Of a DNA stretch of 64,000 nucleotides, positions 12,960 through 26,089 are shown piece by piece. Source of the stretch: the human T2T-CHM13v2.0 reference genome, Homo sapiens. The position numbers and the translations under genes are program-made. The notes beneath the pieces were generated by a model. The model saw nothing but the letters and a program-made list of their open reading frames with translations. It made no database searches and had not been told where the DNA came from. Where the stretch lies: the NCBI RefSeq assembly GCF_009914755.1, contig NC_060928.1. One strand, written 5' to 3'. Within the stretch, counting starts at the first letter, position 1, and each line of letters starts with the position of its first letter.

Positions 12960-14923
12960 TTCTTTTTTGCTTTTTTTGTATTTTTTTTAAATATCCAACC
13001 TCTATTCTAATTCAGGGTACATATACAGGATGTGCAGGTTTGTTACATAGGTAAATTTGTGCCATGGTGGTTTGCTGCACAGATCATTCCATCACCCAAG
13101 TATTAAGCCCAGCATCCACTAGCTTTTCTTCCTGATTCTCTCCCTCTTCCCACCTCCCCCTCCCAACAGACCCCAGAGTGTGTTGTTTTTCTGAATGTAT
13201 CCATGTGTTCTCATCATTTAACTTCCACTTATAAGTGAGAACATGTGGTATTTGGTTTTCTGTTCCTGCATTAGTTTGCTAGGGATAAATGGCCCCTAGC
13301 TCCATCCATGTCCCTGCAAAGGACATGATCTTGTTCCATTTTATGGCTGCATAGTATTTCATGGTGTATATGTACCACATTGTCTTTATCCAGTCTATGA
13401 CTGATGGGCTTTTAGGTTGATTCCATGCCTTTGATATTGTGAATAGTGCTGCAGTGAATATATGTATGAATGTGTCTTTATAATTGAACAATTTATATTC
13501 CTTTGGGTGTATATCCTGTAATGGATATATAAAACTTTATATATAAAATGGATATATATAAAACTTAAAATATATCCAGTAATGGATATATACCCAAAGG
13601 CTTTTTCTCCACAACTTTGCCAGCATCTGCTATTTTTTGACCTTTTAATAATAGCCATTCTGACTGGTGTGAGAGAGGATCTCATTGCAGTTTTGATTTG
13701 CATTTCTGTAATGATTAGTAATGTTGAGGTTTTTTTTTTTCATATGTTTGCTGGCCACATGTATGTCTTATTTTGAGAAGTGTCTTTTCATGTCCTCTGC
13801 CCAGTTTTTAATGGGATTTTTTGTTTTTTTCTTGAAGTTCCTTATAGATGCTGGATATTAGACCTTTGTCGGATACATAGTCTGCAAAAATTTTCTTCCA
13901 TTCTGTAGGTTGTCTGTTTACAATGATGATCGTTTCTTTTGCTGGGCAGAAGCTCTTTAGTTTAATTAGATTCTGTTTGTTAATTTTTGCTTTTGTTGCA
14001 ATTGCTTTTGGTGTCTTCATCGTGAAATCTTTGCCCATGCCTGTGTCCTGAACGGTATTGCCTAGATTTTTTTCTAGGGTTTTTATGGTTTGGGGTTTTA
14101 TGATTAAGTATTTAATCCATCTTGAGTTAATTTTTGTATATGGTATAAGGAAGAGGACAAGTTTCAATTTTCTACATATGGCTAGCTAGTTCTCTTGGCA
14201 CCATTTATTAAATGGGGAATTATTTCACCATTGTTTGTTTTTGTCAGGTTTGTCGAAGATCAGATGGTTGTAGGTGTGTGGTCTTATTTCTTGATTTTCT
14301 ATTTAGTTCCATTGGTCTATGTGTCTGTTTTTGTACCAGTACCATGCTGTTTGGTTTCTGTAGCCCTGTAGTTTGAAGTCAGGTAGCATGATGCCTCCAG
14401 CATTGTTCTTTTTGCTTAGGATTGCATTGGCTATTTGGGCTCTTTTTTGGTTTCATATGAATTTTAAAATAGTTTTTTCTAATTCTGTGAAGAATATCAA
14501 TAGTATTTTACCTGGAATAGCATTAGATCTTCAAATTGTTTTGGGCAGTATGGCCATTTTAACATTTTAACATATTGATTCTTCCTATTCATGAGCATGG
14601 AATGCTCTTCCATTTTTTTCTGTCATCTCTGATTTCCTTGAGTGGTGGTTTGTAGTTCTCATTGAAGAGGTCCACTTCCATCATTAGCTGTATTCCTAGG
14701 TATTTTATTCTTTTTGTGGCAGTTGTGAATGGGAGTTCATCTGTGATTTGGCTTTCGACTTTCCTGTGGTTGGTTTAAAGTAATGCTAGTGAGTTTTGCA
14801 CATTGATTTTTTATCCTGAGACTTAGCTGAAGTTGCTTAGCAGCTCAAGAACCTTTGGGGCTGAGATGATGGGGTTTTCTAGATACAGTTTTATATAATC
14901 TGCAAACTAGGTAGTTTGACTCC
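12960..14923 (-). mobile_element. Old L1PA (L1PA12-15-like): 3' non-inverted segment (3'UTR and ORF2 C-terminus)
   Basis: T-rich tail, L1PA 3'UTR (caggatgtgcaggtttgttacataggtaaa) and ORF2 peptide 13808-14167 ([11 protein letters not shown]). Confidence 0.88.
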
Positions 14924-17586
14924 CAGTTTGGAAAACGCATTTCAGGATATCATCCAGGAGAACTTCCCCAACCTAGCTAGACAGGCCAATATTCAAATTT
15001 TGGAAATGCAGAGAACCTCAGCAAGATACTTCACAAGAAGGTCGTCCTCAAGACACATAATCATCAGATTCTCCAAGGTTGAAAGAAAAGAAAAAATGTT
15101 TAGGGCAGCCAGAGAGAAAGGCAAGATCACCTACAAAGGGAAGCCCATGAGACCAACAGTGGGCCTCTCAGTGGAAATCCTATGAGCCAGAAGAGATTGG
15201 GGGCCAATATTTAACATCTTAAAGAAAAGAAAATTGAACCTAGAATATTGTATCTCACCAAACTAAGCTTCATAAGCAAAGGAGAAATCAAATTATTTTC
15301 AGACAAGCAAATGCTGAGGAAATTCGTCATGACCAGACCTGCTTTACAAGAGCTCTTGAAGGAAGCACTAAATATGGAAAGGAGAAACCCTTACCAGCCA
15401 CTACAAAAACACACTGAAGTACACAGACCAGTGACACCATAAGGCGACCACATAAACAAGTCTGCAAAATAACCAGCTAATATCATGATGACAGGATCAA
15501 ATCCATACATAACAATTCTAACTTTACATGTAAATGGGCTAAATGCCCCAGTTAAAAGACACAGAGTGGAAAGCTGCATAACAAACCAAGACTCATTTGT
15601 ATTCTGTCTTCAAGAGACCAATCTCACATGCAAAGACACACATAGGCTTAAAATAAAAGGATGGAGGAAAATTTACCAAACAAATGGAAAACAGAAAAAA
15701 AGCTTGGGTTGCAATCCTAGTTTCTGACAAAACAGACTTCAAACCAACAAAGATGAAAAAAGACAAAAGGTATTACATAATGGTAAAGGGTTCAGTTCAA
15801 CAAGAAGAGCTAACTATCCTAAATAGAAATGCTTCCAATAAGGGAGCACCAAGATTTAAAAAGCAAGTTATTAGAGACCGTCAAAGTGACTTAGACTCCC
15901 ACACAATAATGGTGCAAGACTTTAATACCCCACTGACAATATTATACATATCATCAAGAGAGAAAATTAACAAAGGTATTCAAGACCTGAACTCAGCTCT
16001 GCATCAGGTAGACTTGATAGATATCTACAGAACTCTCTGCCCCAAAACAACAGAATATACTTTCTTCTCATCACCACACAGCACTTACTTTAAAATTGAT
16101 CACATAATCGGAAGTTAAACACTCTTCAGCAGATGCAAAAGAACTGAAATCATAACAGTCCCTCGGACCACAGTGTAATCAAATTAGAACTCAGGATTAA
16201 GAAATTCACTCAAAACCATAAAACATGGAAATTGAACAACTTGCTCCTGAATGACTTTTGGGAAAATAATGAAATTAAGGCACAAATCAGGAAGTTCTTT
16301 GAAACTAATCAGAACAAAGAGACAATGTACCAGAATCACTAGGATGTAGCTAAAACAGTGTTAAGAGGGAACTTTATAGCACTAAAAGCCCACATCAAAA
16401 AGCTAGAAAGATCTCAAGTTAACAAGCTAACATCACAGCTAAAAGAACTGGAGAACCAAGAGCAAACAAACCCGAAAGCTAGCAGAAGACAAGAAAAACC
16501 AAGATCAGAGCTGAACTGAATGAGGTAGAGACATGAAAAACCCTTCAAAAGATCAACAAATCCAGGAGCTGGTTTTTTGAAAAAATTAATAAAATACATA
16601 GGCCACTATCTAGACTAATAAAGAAGATAAGAGAGAAGACTCAAATAAACACAAGCAGAAATGATACAGGGGGATATCACAACTGACCCCACTGAAATAC
16701 AAACAACCATTAGAGAATATTATCCCTTAATAGTGTTTATAATATAAACACCTCTATGCACATACACTAGGAAGTCCAGAACAAATGGATAAATTCCTGG
16801 ACACATACACCTTCCCAAGACTGAACCAGGAGAAAGTTGAATCCCTGAATAGACCAATAATGAGTTCTGAAATTGAGGCAGTAATAAGTAGCCCAACAAC
16901 CCGAAAAAGCCCAGGACCAGATGGATTCACAGCTGAATTCTACCAGATGTACAAAGAAGAGCTGGTATCATTTCTACTGAAACTATTCCATAAATTAAAA
17001 GGAGAGACTTCTCCCTAATTGACTGTATGAGTCCAGCTTCATTCTTATACCAAAACCTGGCAGAGATACAACAAAAAATGAGAAGTTTAGCCAGTATCCT
17101 TGATGAACATTGATGCAAAAATCTTCAACAAAATGCTGGCAAACCAAATCCAGCAGCACGTCCAGCTTATCCACCACGATCAAGTAGGCTTCATCTCTGG
17201 GATGCAAGGTTGGTTCAACATATACAAATCAAGAAATGTGATTCATCACATAACCAGAACTAAGGAAAAAACCATGTGATTATCTCAAGAGATGCAGAAA
17301 AGGCCTCTGATAAAATTCAACATTCGTTTATGTTAAAAACTCTCAATAAACTAGTTATTAAAGGAAGATACCTCAAAATAATGACAGCCATGTATGACAA
17401 ACCCACAGCCAATATTATACTGAATGGGCAAAGGCTGTAAGCATTCTCCTTGAAAACCAGTACAAGACAAAGATGCCCTGTCTCACCATTCTTATTCAAC
17501 ATAGTATTGGAAGTTCTGGCCAGGGCAATCAGGCAAGAGAAAGAAATAAAGGCTATTCAAATTGGAAGAGAGGAAGTCAAACTAGC
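14924..17586 (+). mobile_element. Same L1PA: inverted 5' segment (ORF1 C-terminus, ORF2 endonuclease to early RT), disrupted
   Basis: + strand peptides QDIIQENFPNLARQANIQ (ORF1), MTGSNPYITILTLHVNGLNAP (ORF2 start) and [14 protein letters not shown], with many frameshifts and stops. Confidence 0.9.
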
Positions 17587-20500
17587 CTTTTTATATTTCT
17601 TGTGTCTCTATGTTGATATCACACATCTAGTGAAATAGTCATTTTTTAAAATTCATGGAGTATCTTTTGTAGGGAGGGATTTTTTTTTTTCTGTAAATGG
17701 GTCTTAGGGTGTCATTTGGTATAGTATATTGGCTTTCATTCTGGGTAGACTCAGTAGCATGGTTGCCATACATTTTCTTCAGCTTAATTTTTGTAAGCAA
17801 TCTGTGATTGCCTTAGTGGCCTACTTCATGGGGGTTTGTGATGGTGGTAGTGTGGTTTTGCTAGGCTCTTTAGAATGCCTGGGCCAGTTTCAGAACTGGG
17901 AACATTTGTGCATGATGGGTCAGCAGGCTGTGTGGCCAGCAATCTGGGGTTTGGGGACCAGGGGTGCCACCAGGTAGCCTCTTGGGTAAGGAGCATGGCA
18001 GACTGGCTAGCTGTTCAGTGACTTTCCTGCTTTGCAGGTCCTCTTGTTCCTCATGGGTGAAGATGCCCCATGGGTTTGAGCAATGGGTTCTTAGTTGTAC
18101 TGTTGGTTCTATGCTTTGTACACCTGGGGTTGTGGTGCTGCAGGCACCTGTGTAAACATGGTGAAATGAGGGTGAGGCCTCAAGGATGGAGAGAAGCAGT
18201 GGCTTCTGGGTCCCAGGACAGGATTCCCTCTAACAGTTAGTCCAGTTTAAAGATGGTGCCATGCCATAGCACCTTAGTTTGCAGGGTAGAGTATATACAA
18301 CCTGAGCTCCTACTCTGGGGCAATGCAGCTGTGTAAACTCCTAGAAACTCCCTAATCTGAATTTTGGACTTGTGAGGACAGGGGACTCTCCTGTAGCAAG
18401 GACTTCTGGTATCTCTGGTGGCTATGGGGATTTCTGGGGGCCTCCAGTTTGTCTTTTTGTCATAATAATAAATCTTCCTTGATTCTGAGCCAATCCCAGC
18501 AAGAAGATAGTGTGACGAAGCAGAAGGATGCCTTTTCCTTTGTCTATCCTGGGCTTTCACACTCCATAGGGATTTCACTGCTTCTCCGGATCTCTCCCAA
18601 CATAATTTCTATCACTCTAATGTAAATGTAATTATTTATTTGCTATTTTGGTCCCTTTTTGTGGAGTGGATGAGTGCCAGGCAATTCTAGTCGGCCATCT
18701 TAATGAAGTCTGAAATGAAAATTTTTATGTCTTCTTATGAATTGATCCCTTTATCATTATATGATGACTTTCTTTGTCTTGTTTTTTTTTACTTACAATT
18801 TATTTTATCTGATGCAAATACAGACATCCTTGTTTTCTTTTGGTTGCATCCTTTCAGTTTTAAACTACGTGTGTCCTCAGAGGTGAAATGAGTCTCTTTT
18901 AGGCAGCATATAGTTGGATCTTAAAAAAATAATCCATTCAGCCATTCTGTCTTTTTAGTGGAGAATTTAACCCATTTACATTCAAGGTAACTTTTATAGG
19001 TACAGACTTTCCACTACCATTTTGTTAATTATTTTCTGGTTAATTTGTAGATTCTTCGTTCTTTCCTTCCTCTTTTGTTGTTTTCCTTTGTGATTAGATA
19101 ATTTTTTCCACTGTGTTTTGATTTCTTACTTTTTATCTTTTGTGTGTCTTCTAGAGATTTTTGCTTTGTGGTTACCATGAGGCTTACATAAAACATCTTA
19201 CAATTATAACAGGCTATTTTAAGATGATAACAACTTACCTTTCATTGCATAAAACAATTTTGTACTTTTACTTTATATCTCCCCCAATAATTTTTTTATG
19301 TTTTGGATTTTACAATGTATATCTTTTAATGTTATATATCCCTGAACAAATTATTATAGCAATTATCATTTTAAATAGTTTTGTCTTTATCCTTTATATC
19401 AAATATATAAGTAATTTACACCTTACAATTACAGTATTAATTTTCTGAACTTAACTATACACTTACTTTTATCAGTGAGTTTTATACTTTCAAATGTTTT
19501 TCAGTTACTAATTAGAATCCTCTTCTTTTACCCTGAAGAATTCTCTTTAGCATTTCTTGTAATACAGGTCTGGTGGCAGTGAACTTGCTCAGCATTTATT
19601 TGTCTGGGAAAGTATCTCTCCTTCATTTTTGGAGGATAGATGGTATTCTTTTTTGGCAATGTTTTCCCCTTATGCTCTTTTTTTTGTTTTATTTTGGAGA
19701 TTTGTCTTTTATTTTTCATTTTTTAAGGTGTCTTTAGTATTTATTAGAATGTAAATAAAGCTGAGTGCTAATTTTCTCTAAACTTAAAAAATACAACTTT
19801 GATCTGGGCCTTTGATACTTTTGGTCTATTTTATTTTATTTATTGCACAAATTTATGGGGTATGTGTGAGATTTTGTTATATGTGTATAACAAAAGGTTA
19901 TAAGGGTATTAAGGGTATCTATCACCCATTTTCAATACATTTTTGTTAAGTATAGTCACTCTAACCTTTTATCAAACATTGAATTTGATCCTTCTGTCTG
20001 TATCATTATACCTATAACCAAATTTATTCTCTGCCCTACCCCCATCACCCTTCCCAGATTCTGTTAACTGTCTTTCCACTCCCTACCTCAATGTGATCAA
20101 ATTTTTTAGCTTCCACATATGAGTGATAACATGCACTATATGTCTTTCCGTGCCTGACTTATTTCACTAAACACAATGACCTTCGGTTTTATCCATGTTG
20201 CTGAAAATGACATTATTTAATTCTTTTTATGGCTACATAGTTTTCCATTATATATGTATATGTCACATTTTCTTTATCCATTTATCTGTTGATGGACACA
20301 TAGTTTGATCCCATACCTTTGCTATTGTGAATGGTGCTGCGGTAAACACGTGAGTGCAGATTTCCTATCCCTTTGATATAGTGATTTCCTTTCCTTCGGG
20401 TAGATTCCCAGTACTGCGTTTGCTGGATCAAGTGGCAATTCTGTTTTGAGGTTTTTGGGAAATCTCAATAGTGTTTCCATAGTGACTGTGGTAGTCTACC

Positions 20501-22432
20501 ACAGTCTACCAACCATATAAAACATTTCTACCAACCATATAAAACATTTCCTCTTTCTCTGCATCCTTGTCAACATCTTATTTTTGGTCTTTTTAGTAAT
20601 AGCTACTCTGACTGGGGTAAGATGATATCTCATTGTAGTTTTGATTTGCATTTCTCTGATGATTAGTGATGCTGAGCATTTTTTCATATACCTGTTGGCT
20701 GTTACTGTGTCTTCTTTTGAGAAATGTCTATTCGTGTCCTTTGCCCACTTAAATGGAATTATTTGTTTTTCTTTTCTTGAGTTAAGTACCTTGTATATTC
20801 TAAGGTTAGTCCCTTGTTGGATGAATAATTTGCAAATATATTTTCTCATTCCATAGGTTGTCTCTTCATTGTGTAGATTATTTCTTTTGTTGTGCAGAAG
20901 CTTTTTGGTTTAAATCCCACTTGTCTATTTTTGTTTGGTTGCCAATGAATTTCAGATCTTAATCATAAATTATTTGTCTACACCAATGTCCAGGAGAATT
21001 TTCCCTCGGTTTTCTTCCAGTATTTTTATAGTTTTGGGTCTTACATATAAGTCTTTAATCAATGTTGAGTTGATGTTTGCATATGGTGAGGTAGGAGTCC
21101 AGTTGTATTCTTCTGGATGTGGGTATCCAATTTTCCCAGCACCATTTATCAAAGAGGGTATACTTTACCCAATGTAAGTTCTTGTCAGCTTTTTTGAGGA
21201 TCAGTTAGCTGTAAGTGTATCTTTATTTCTGGATTATCTACTCCGTTCTGTTGGTCTACGTGTCTATTTTTATAGCAATACTATGCTGATGTGGTTACTA
21301 CAGCATTGTAATATATCTTGAAGTCAGATAATGTGATGCCTCCAGCTTTGTTCTTTTTGCTGCTCAGGATTGCTTTGGCTATTCAGGCTTCTTTGTGGTT
21401 CTATATGAGTTTTATTAAATAGGATTTTTTTTTCTAATTCTGTGAAGGTGGCAGTATTTTGAAACAGATCGCATTGAATCTGCAGACTGCTTTGTACATT
21501 ATGGTCATTTTAATGGTATTAATGCTTCTGATCCATGAGTGTGGGAAGTTTTTCTATTTGTGGCCTCTTCATTTCATCAGTGTTGTGCAGTTTTCTTTCT
21601 AGAGATGTTTCACCCCCTTGGTTAAATTTATTCCTAGGTATTTTATTTTATTGTATTGTATCTCTTGTAAATGCAATTACCTTTTAAATTATTTTCTTGG
21701 CTAGATCTTGGTGTATAGAAATGCGACTGGGTTTTGTGTGTTGATTTTGTATCCTGCAACTGTACTAATTTTTTTAATCAAATCTAAGAGATTTTTGATA
21801 GAGTTTTGGGGTTTTATTAGATGTAAGACTGTATCGTCAGCAAAGAGGCACAATTTAACTTCCCCTTTTCCAATTTGGATGTCTTTTATTTCTTTCTCTT
21901 ACCTGGTTGCTTCAGTTAGGACTTCCAGACTGTGTTGAATAGGAGTTGTGAAAGTGGATATCCTTGTCTTCTTCCAGTTCTTAGAGGAAGGGCTTTCAAC
22001 TTGTCCTCATTCAGTATGACATTAGTGGTGGGTTTGTTGTACAAGGCCTTTATTATTTTGAGGTAGGTATGTTCCTTCTATTCCTAGTTTATTGAGAGTT
22101 TTTATCATGAAAGGATGTTGTATTTTATCATATTGTTTTTCTGCATTGATTGAGATGACTGTATGATTTTTGTTCTTTATACTGTTGATGTGATGTCACA
22201 TTTATTGATTTGCATTTATTGTGCTGAGCTATCCCTGCATCCCTGGGATAAATCCCACTTAATTGTGGTATATTATCTTGTAGATGTACTGTTGGATTTG
22301 GGTTGCTGGTATTTTGTTGAGAATTTCTGCATCTGTGCTTATCAGAAGTATTGACCTGTATTTGTCTTTTTTTCTATTCTTGTCTGTTTTTGGTATCAGG
22401 GTGATATTAGCCTCATAGAAAGTATTAGGGGA

Positions 22433-22797
22433 TGATATGGTTTGGATTTATGTCCCCACCCATGTCTCACGTCAAATTGTAATCTCCAGTGTCAGAGGTG
22501 GGGTTGGATTATGGGAGCAAATTTCCCCCTTGCTGCTCTCATGATAGTGAGTTCTCACAAGATCTGGTCATTTAAAAATGTGTAGAACCTCCCCCTTCAC
22601 CCTCTTCCTCCTGCTGCAGCCATGTAGGACATGTCTGCTTCCCGTTTGCCTTCCATTATGATTGTAAGTTTCCTGAGGCCTCCCCAGCCATGCTTCCTGT
22701 ACAGTCTGCAGAACTGTGAGCCAATTAAAATTCTTTTCTTTATAAATTACCCATTCTCAGGTAATTCTTTAAAGTAATGCGATAATTGACTAATACA
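22433..22797 (+). mobile_element. MaLR solo LTR (MSTA-like)
   Basis: tgatatggtttggat...gattgtaagtttcctgaggcctccccagccatg...ccaattaaa...gactaataca, with TG...CA ends, inserted in L1 ORF2. Confidence 0.88.
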
Positions 22798-24236
22798 GAA
22801 AAATTCCCTCCTCTTCAATTGTGTGGAATAGTTTGAGGAGGATTGGTTAGTTCTTTGTTTTTGGTAGAACTCCACAGTGAATCTATCTAGTCCTGGGATT
22901 TTCGTTATTGGGAGACATTTTATTACTGATTCAAAATCACTACTAATGATGGATCTTTTGAGATTTTCTATTTCTTACTGATTCAATTTTAATTGGCATG
23001 TTTCCAGGAATTTATCCATTTCCTCTAGGTTTTCTAGTTTATTATTCTATACTTGTTCATAATAGTCTCTCACGATCTTTGTATTTTTGTTGTATGAGTT
23101 GTAATGTGTCCTTTTTCATTTCTGATTTTACTTGGATGTCTTCTTTCTTTTTTTCTTGTTTAGTCTAGCTAGCAGTTTATTGGCTGTGTATATTTTTTGA
23201 AGAACCAACTTTTTGTTTCATTGATTCTTTGTATTTTTTTAGTCTGTATTTGTTAGTTCTGCTCTGATCTTTATTATTTCTTTTTTTCCTGATAGTTGTG
23301 GATTTGGTTTGTTCATGGTTTTCTGTTTCCTTGATGTGCATTTTTAGATTGTTAACTTGTAATCTTTCTACTTATTTATTTATTACTGTAAACTTCCTTC
23401 TTCATACTGTTTTGCTGAATTCCACAGGTTTGGGTATATTAGGTTTTTATTTTCAGTTGTTTCAAGAATTTTTTTGATTTTCATCTTAATTTCTTTGTTG
23501 ACTCAAAGGTCATTCAGAAGCACGTTTAATTTCTATATATTTTTATAAATTTCCGAAGTTTATATTTGTATTTATTTCTAGTTTTATTCCATTGTGGTCT
23601 GAGAATATAGTTGATATGATTTTCATTTTGTGAAAATTTTTAGAAATTGTTGGTGGCCTAATCTATGGTCAGTCCTGGATAACATTCCATGTGCTGATGA
23701 AAGAAATATATATTCTGCAGTTGTTAGGTAGAATGTTCTGTAAATGTCTGTTAGGTTCATTTGGTCTAAAGTTCAGTTTAAATCGGTGTTTCTTTGTTGA
23801 TTTTTTAAATCTAGATTATCTATTTAATGCTGACAACGGGGTGTTAAAATCTTCTACTGTTATTGTATTGCATTCCGTCTTTTCAGGTCTAGTAATATTT
23901 GCTTTATGAATCTGGGTGCTCCATTGTTGGGTGCATCTATTTTTAGAATTGTTATATCCTCTTCCTGGATTGGTTGCTTTATTTCATATAAAATGACTTT
24001 TTTAAAACTGTTCTTGACTCAAAGTCTGTTTTATCTTACGTAAGTATAGCTACTCTTGCTCACTTCTGGTTTTCATTTGCATGGAATATCTTTTTCCATC
24101 CCTTTAGTTTCAGTCTATATGTCCTTACTGGTAAGGTGAGTTTCTTATAAGTAGCATATAGTTAGATGCTACTTTTGTAAGTCCAGTCAGCAGTTCTATA
24201 TCTTTTAAGTGTAGAATTTAATCTGTTAATATTTAA

Positions 24237-24663
<427 letters not shown>

Positions 24664-26089
24664 AAGGGATTTCTGTTAGTGGTACTATTTGAGTCCTTTT
24701 TCTTACTCTTTTGTGTGATTGCTTCACCAGTAATGGCTGTGCTCCCAAAATGGTGCCCTGCCATAGCTGCTCAGGTCTTAGTGGGGTGTGAGTGACCCAG
24801 TGCAAATTCCCAGTCTGGTGTACTGCCCCACTGGGTTTCTAAACCACCACCCTTGCTAATGTCAGTGTTCATGTGGGTAGAGGAGCTCTTCTGTATTTCA
24901 GATTGCAGCCGACTGTGTAAGGGATGTGGACCACTGAAGTTCTCTTAATTACCCTTTCCCTGCAATATGGAACCCCTCTAGTCTTTCTAGCCACTTGCTT
25001 TCTTCCTTATCTGTGCCTCAGGTGTTTTCTGTGAGTTCCTTCTTGGACTCTTGTGGTCTCTCCTATGTGTTCTATTCGAGGTATGTTTCTCTAGTCATAA
25101 TTTTGGTTCTTCTTTCTGGAAAGAGTAGGTGTCTGTAGTCAGCCATCTTGCATCAGAATCCTTCTTCAGCTCTTTGAATATATCATCCCAGTCTCTCCTG
25201 GATTGTAAAGCTTTTGGTGCAAAATACACTGCTAGTATTGTTGGAACTCTCTTGTATGTGATTTGCTTCTTTTCTCTTGCTGCTTCAAGATTTTCTCTTT
25301 GTATTATATTTTTTGTCAATTTCATTATATCTTGATATAGTATTTTTATGTTGAATCTGATTGAAGACCTTTGACCTTCCTATAGCTAGATATTTATATT
25401 TCCCTAGATTTGAAATATTTTCTGCTATTATTTCTTTAAATAAACTTCCTACCCCTTTGTCTCTCTCTTTTTCTTCTTGCTCTCCTATAACTTGAATATT
25501 TGTTCTTTTGATCCTGTCACATAAATCTTATAAACTTTCTTCATTCTTTTTATTGTTTTTTTTCTCTACTGACTATATATTTTCAAATAACTTGTCTTTA
25601 AGTTCACAGATTCTTCTGCTTGATCAGTTCTGCTGTTGATGCTCTTTATTGCATTTCTTAATTTTCTTAATTATATTTTTTGGCTCCAGAATTTCTATTT
25701 GTTTTTCTTTTAATAATTTCATTTAAAATTTTGAATGTAAGTAATTTCAGTCTCTGTTACATTTCTAGTTTTGGTCATTTATTGTTTTCTTGATTTTGTA
25801 GCATCCTGTCTTTTTAGAAAGTTTGCTGGGCTTCCTTAAAATAATTATTTTGAATTCTTCGATAGTTCATATATCTTCATTTTTGAGGGATGATTACTGG
25901 GGCTTTATTTTTTCCTTTAGTGGTGTCATGTTTCCTTGATTGTTCTTGGTCTTGTAGCTCCTGATTTGTTTCTGTGCATTTGAAGACATAGAGACTAATT
26001 TCAGTCCTTGCAGAATGTCTTTGTCTGGAAAAGTTTTTCACCAATCAGCCTGTCTAGAGATTATGGCAGGTTTTCTGTTGTGTTCCACA

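Noticed and set aside
14916-17638. + strand ORFs with endonuclease and reverse-transcriptase motifs, as a possible active or novel retroelement gene
   Set aside because: They are fragmented L1 ORF1/ORF2 remnants with many stops and frameshifts, within an inverted and truncated copy.
20495-20550. 22-bp tandem duplication ctaccaaccatataaaacattt
   Set aside because: Ordinary slippage duplication inside a dead L1.
24720-24740. L1 5'UTR joined directly to the inter-ORF region, as a possible spliced L1 (SpIRE)
   Set aside because: From the recalled consensus, the sense-strand junction is not preceded by AG and looks like actgg microhomology, so a deletion is more likely. Not verified by alignment.
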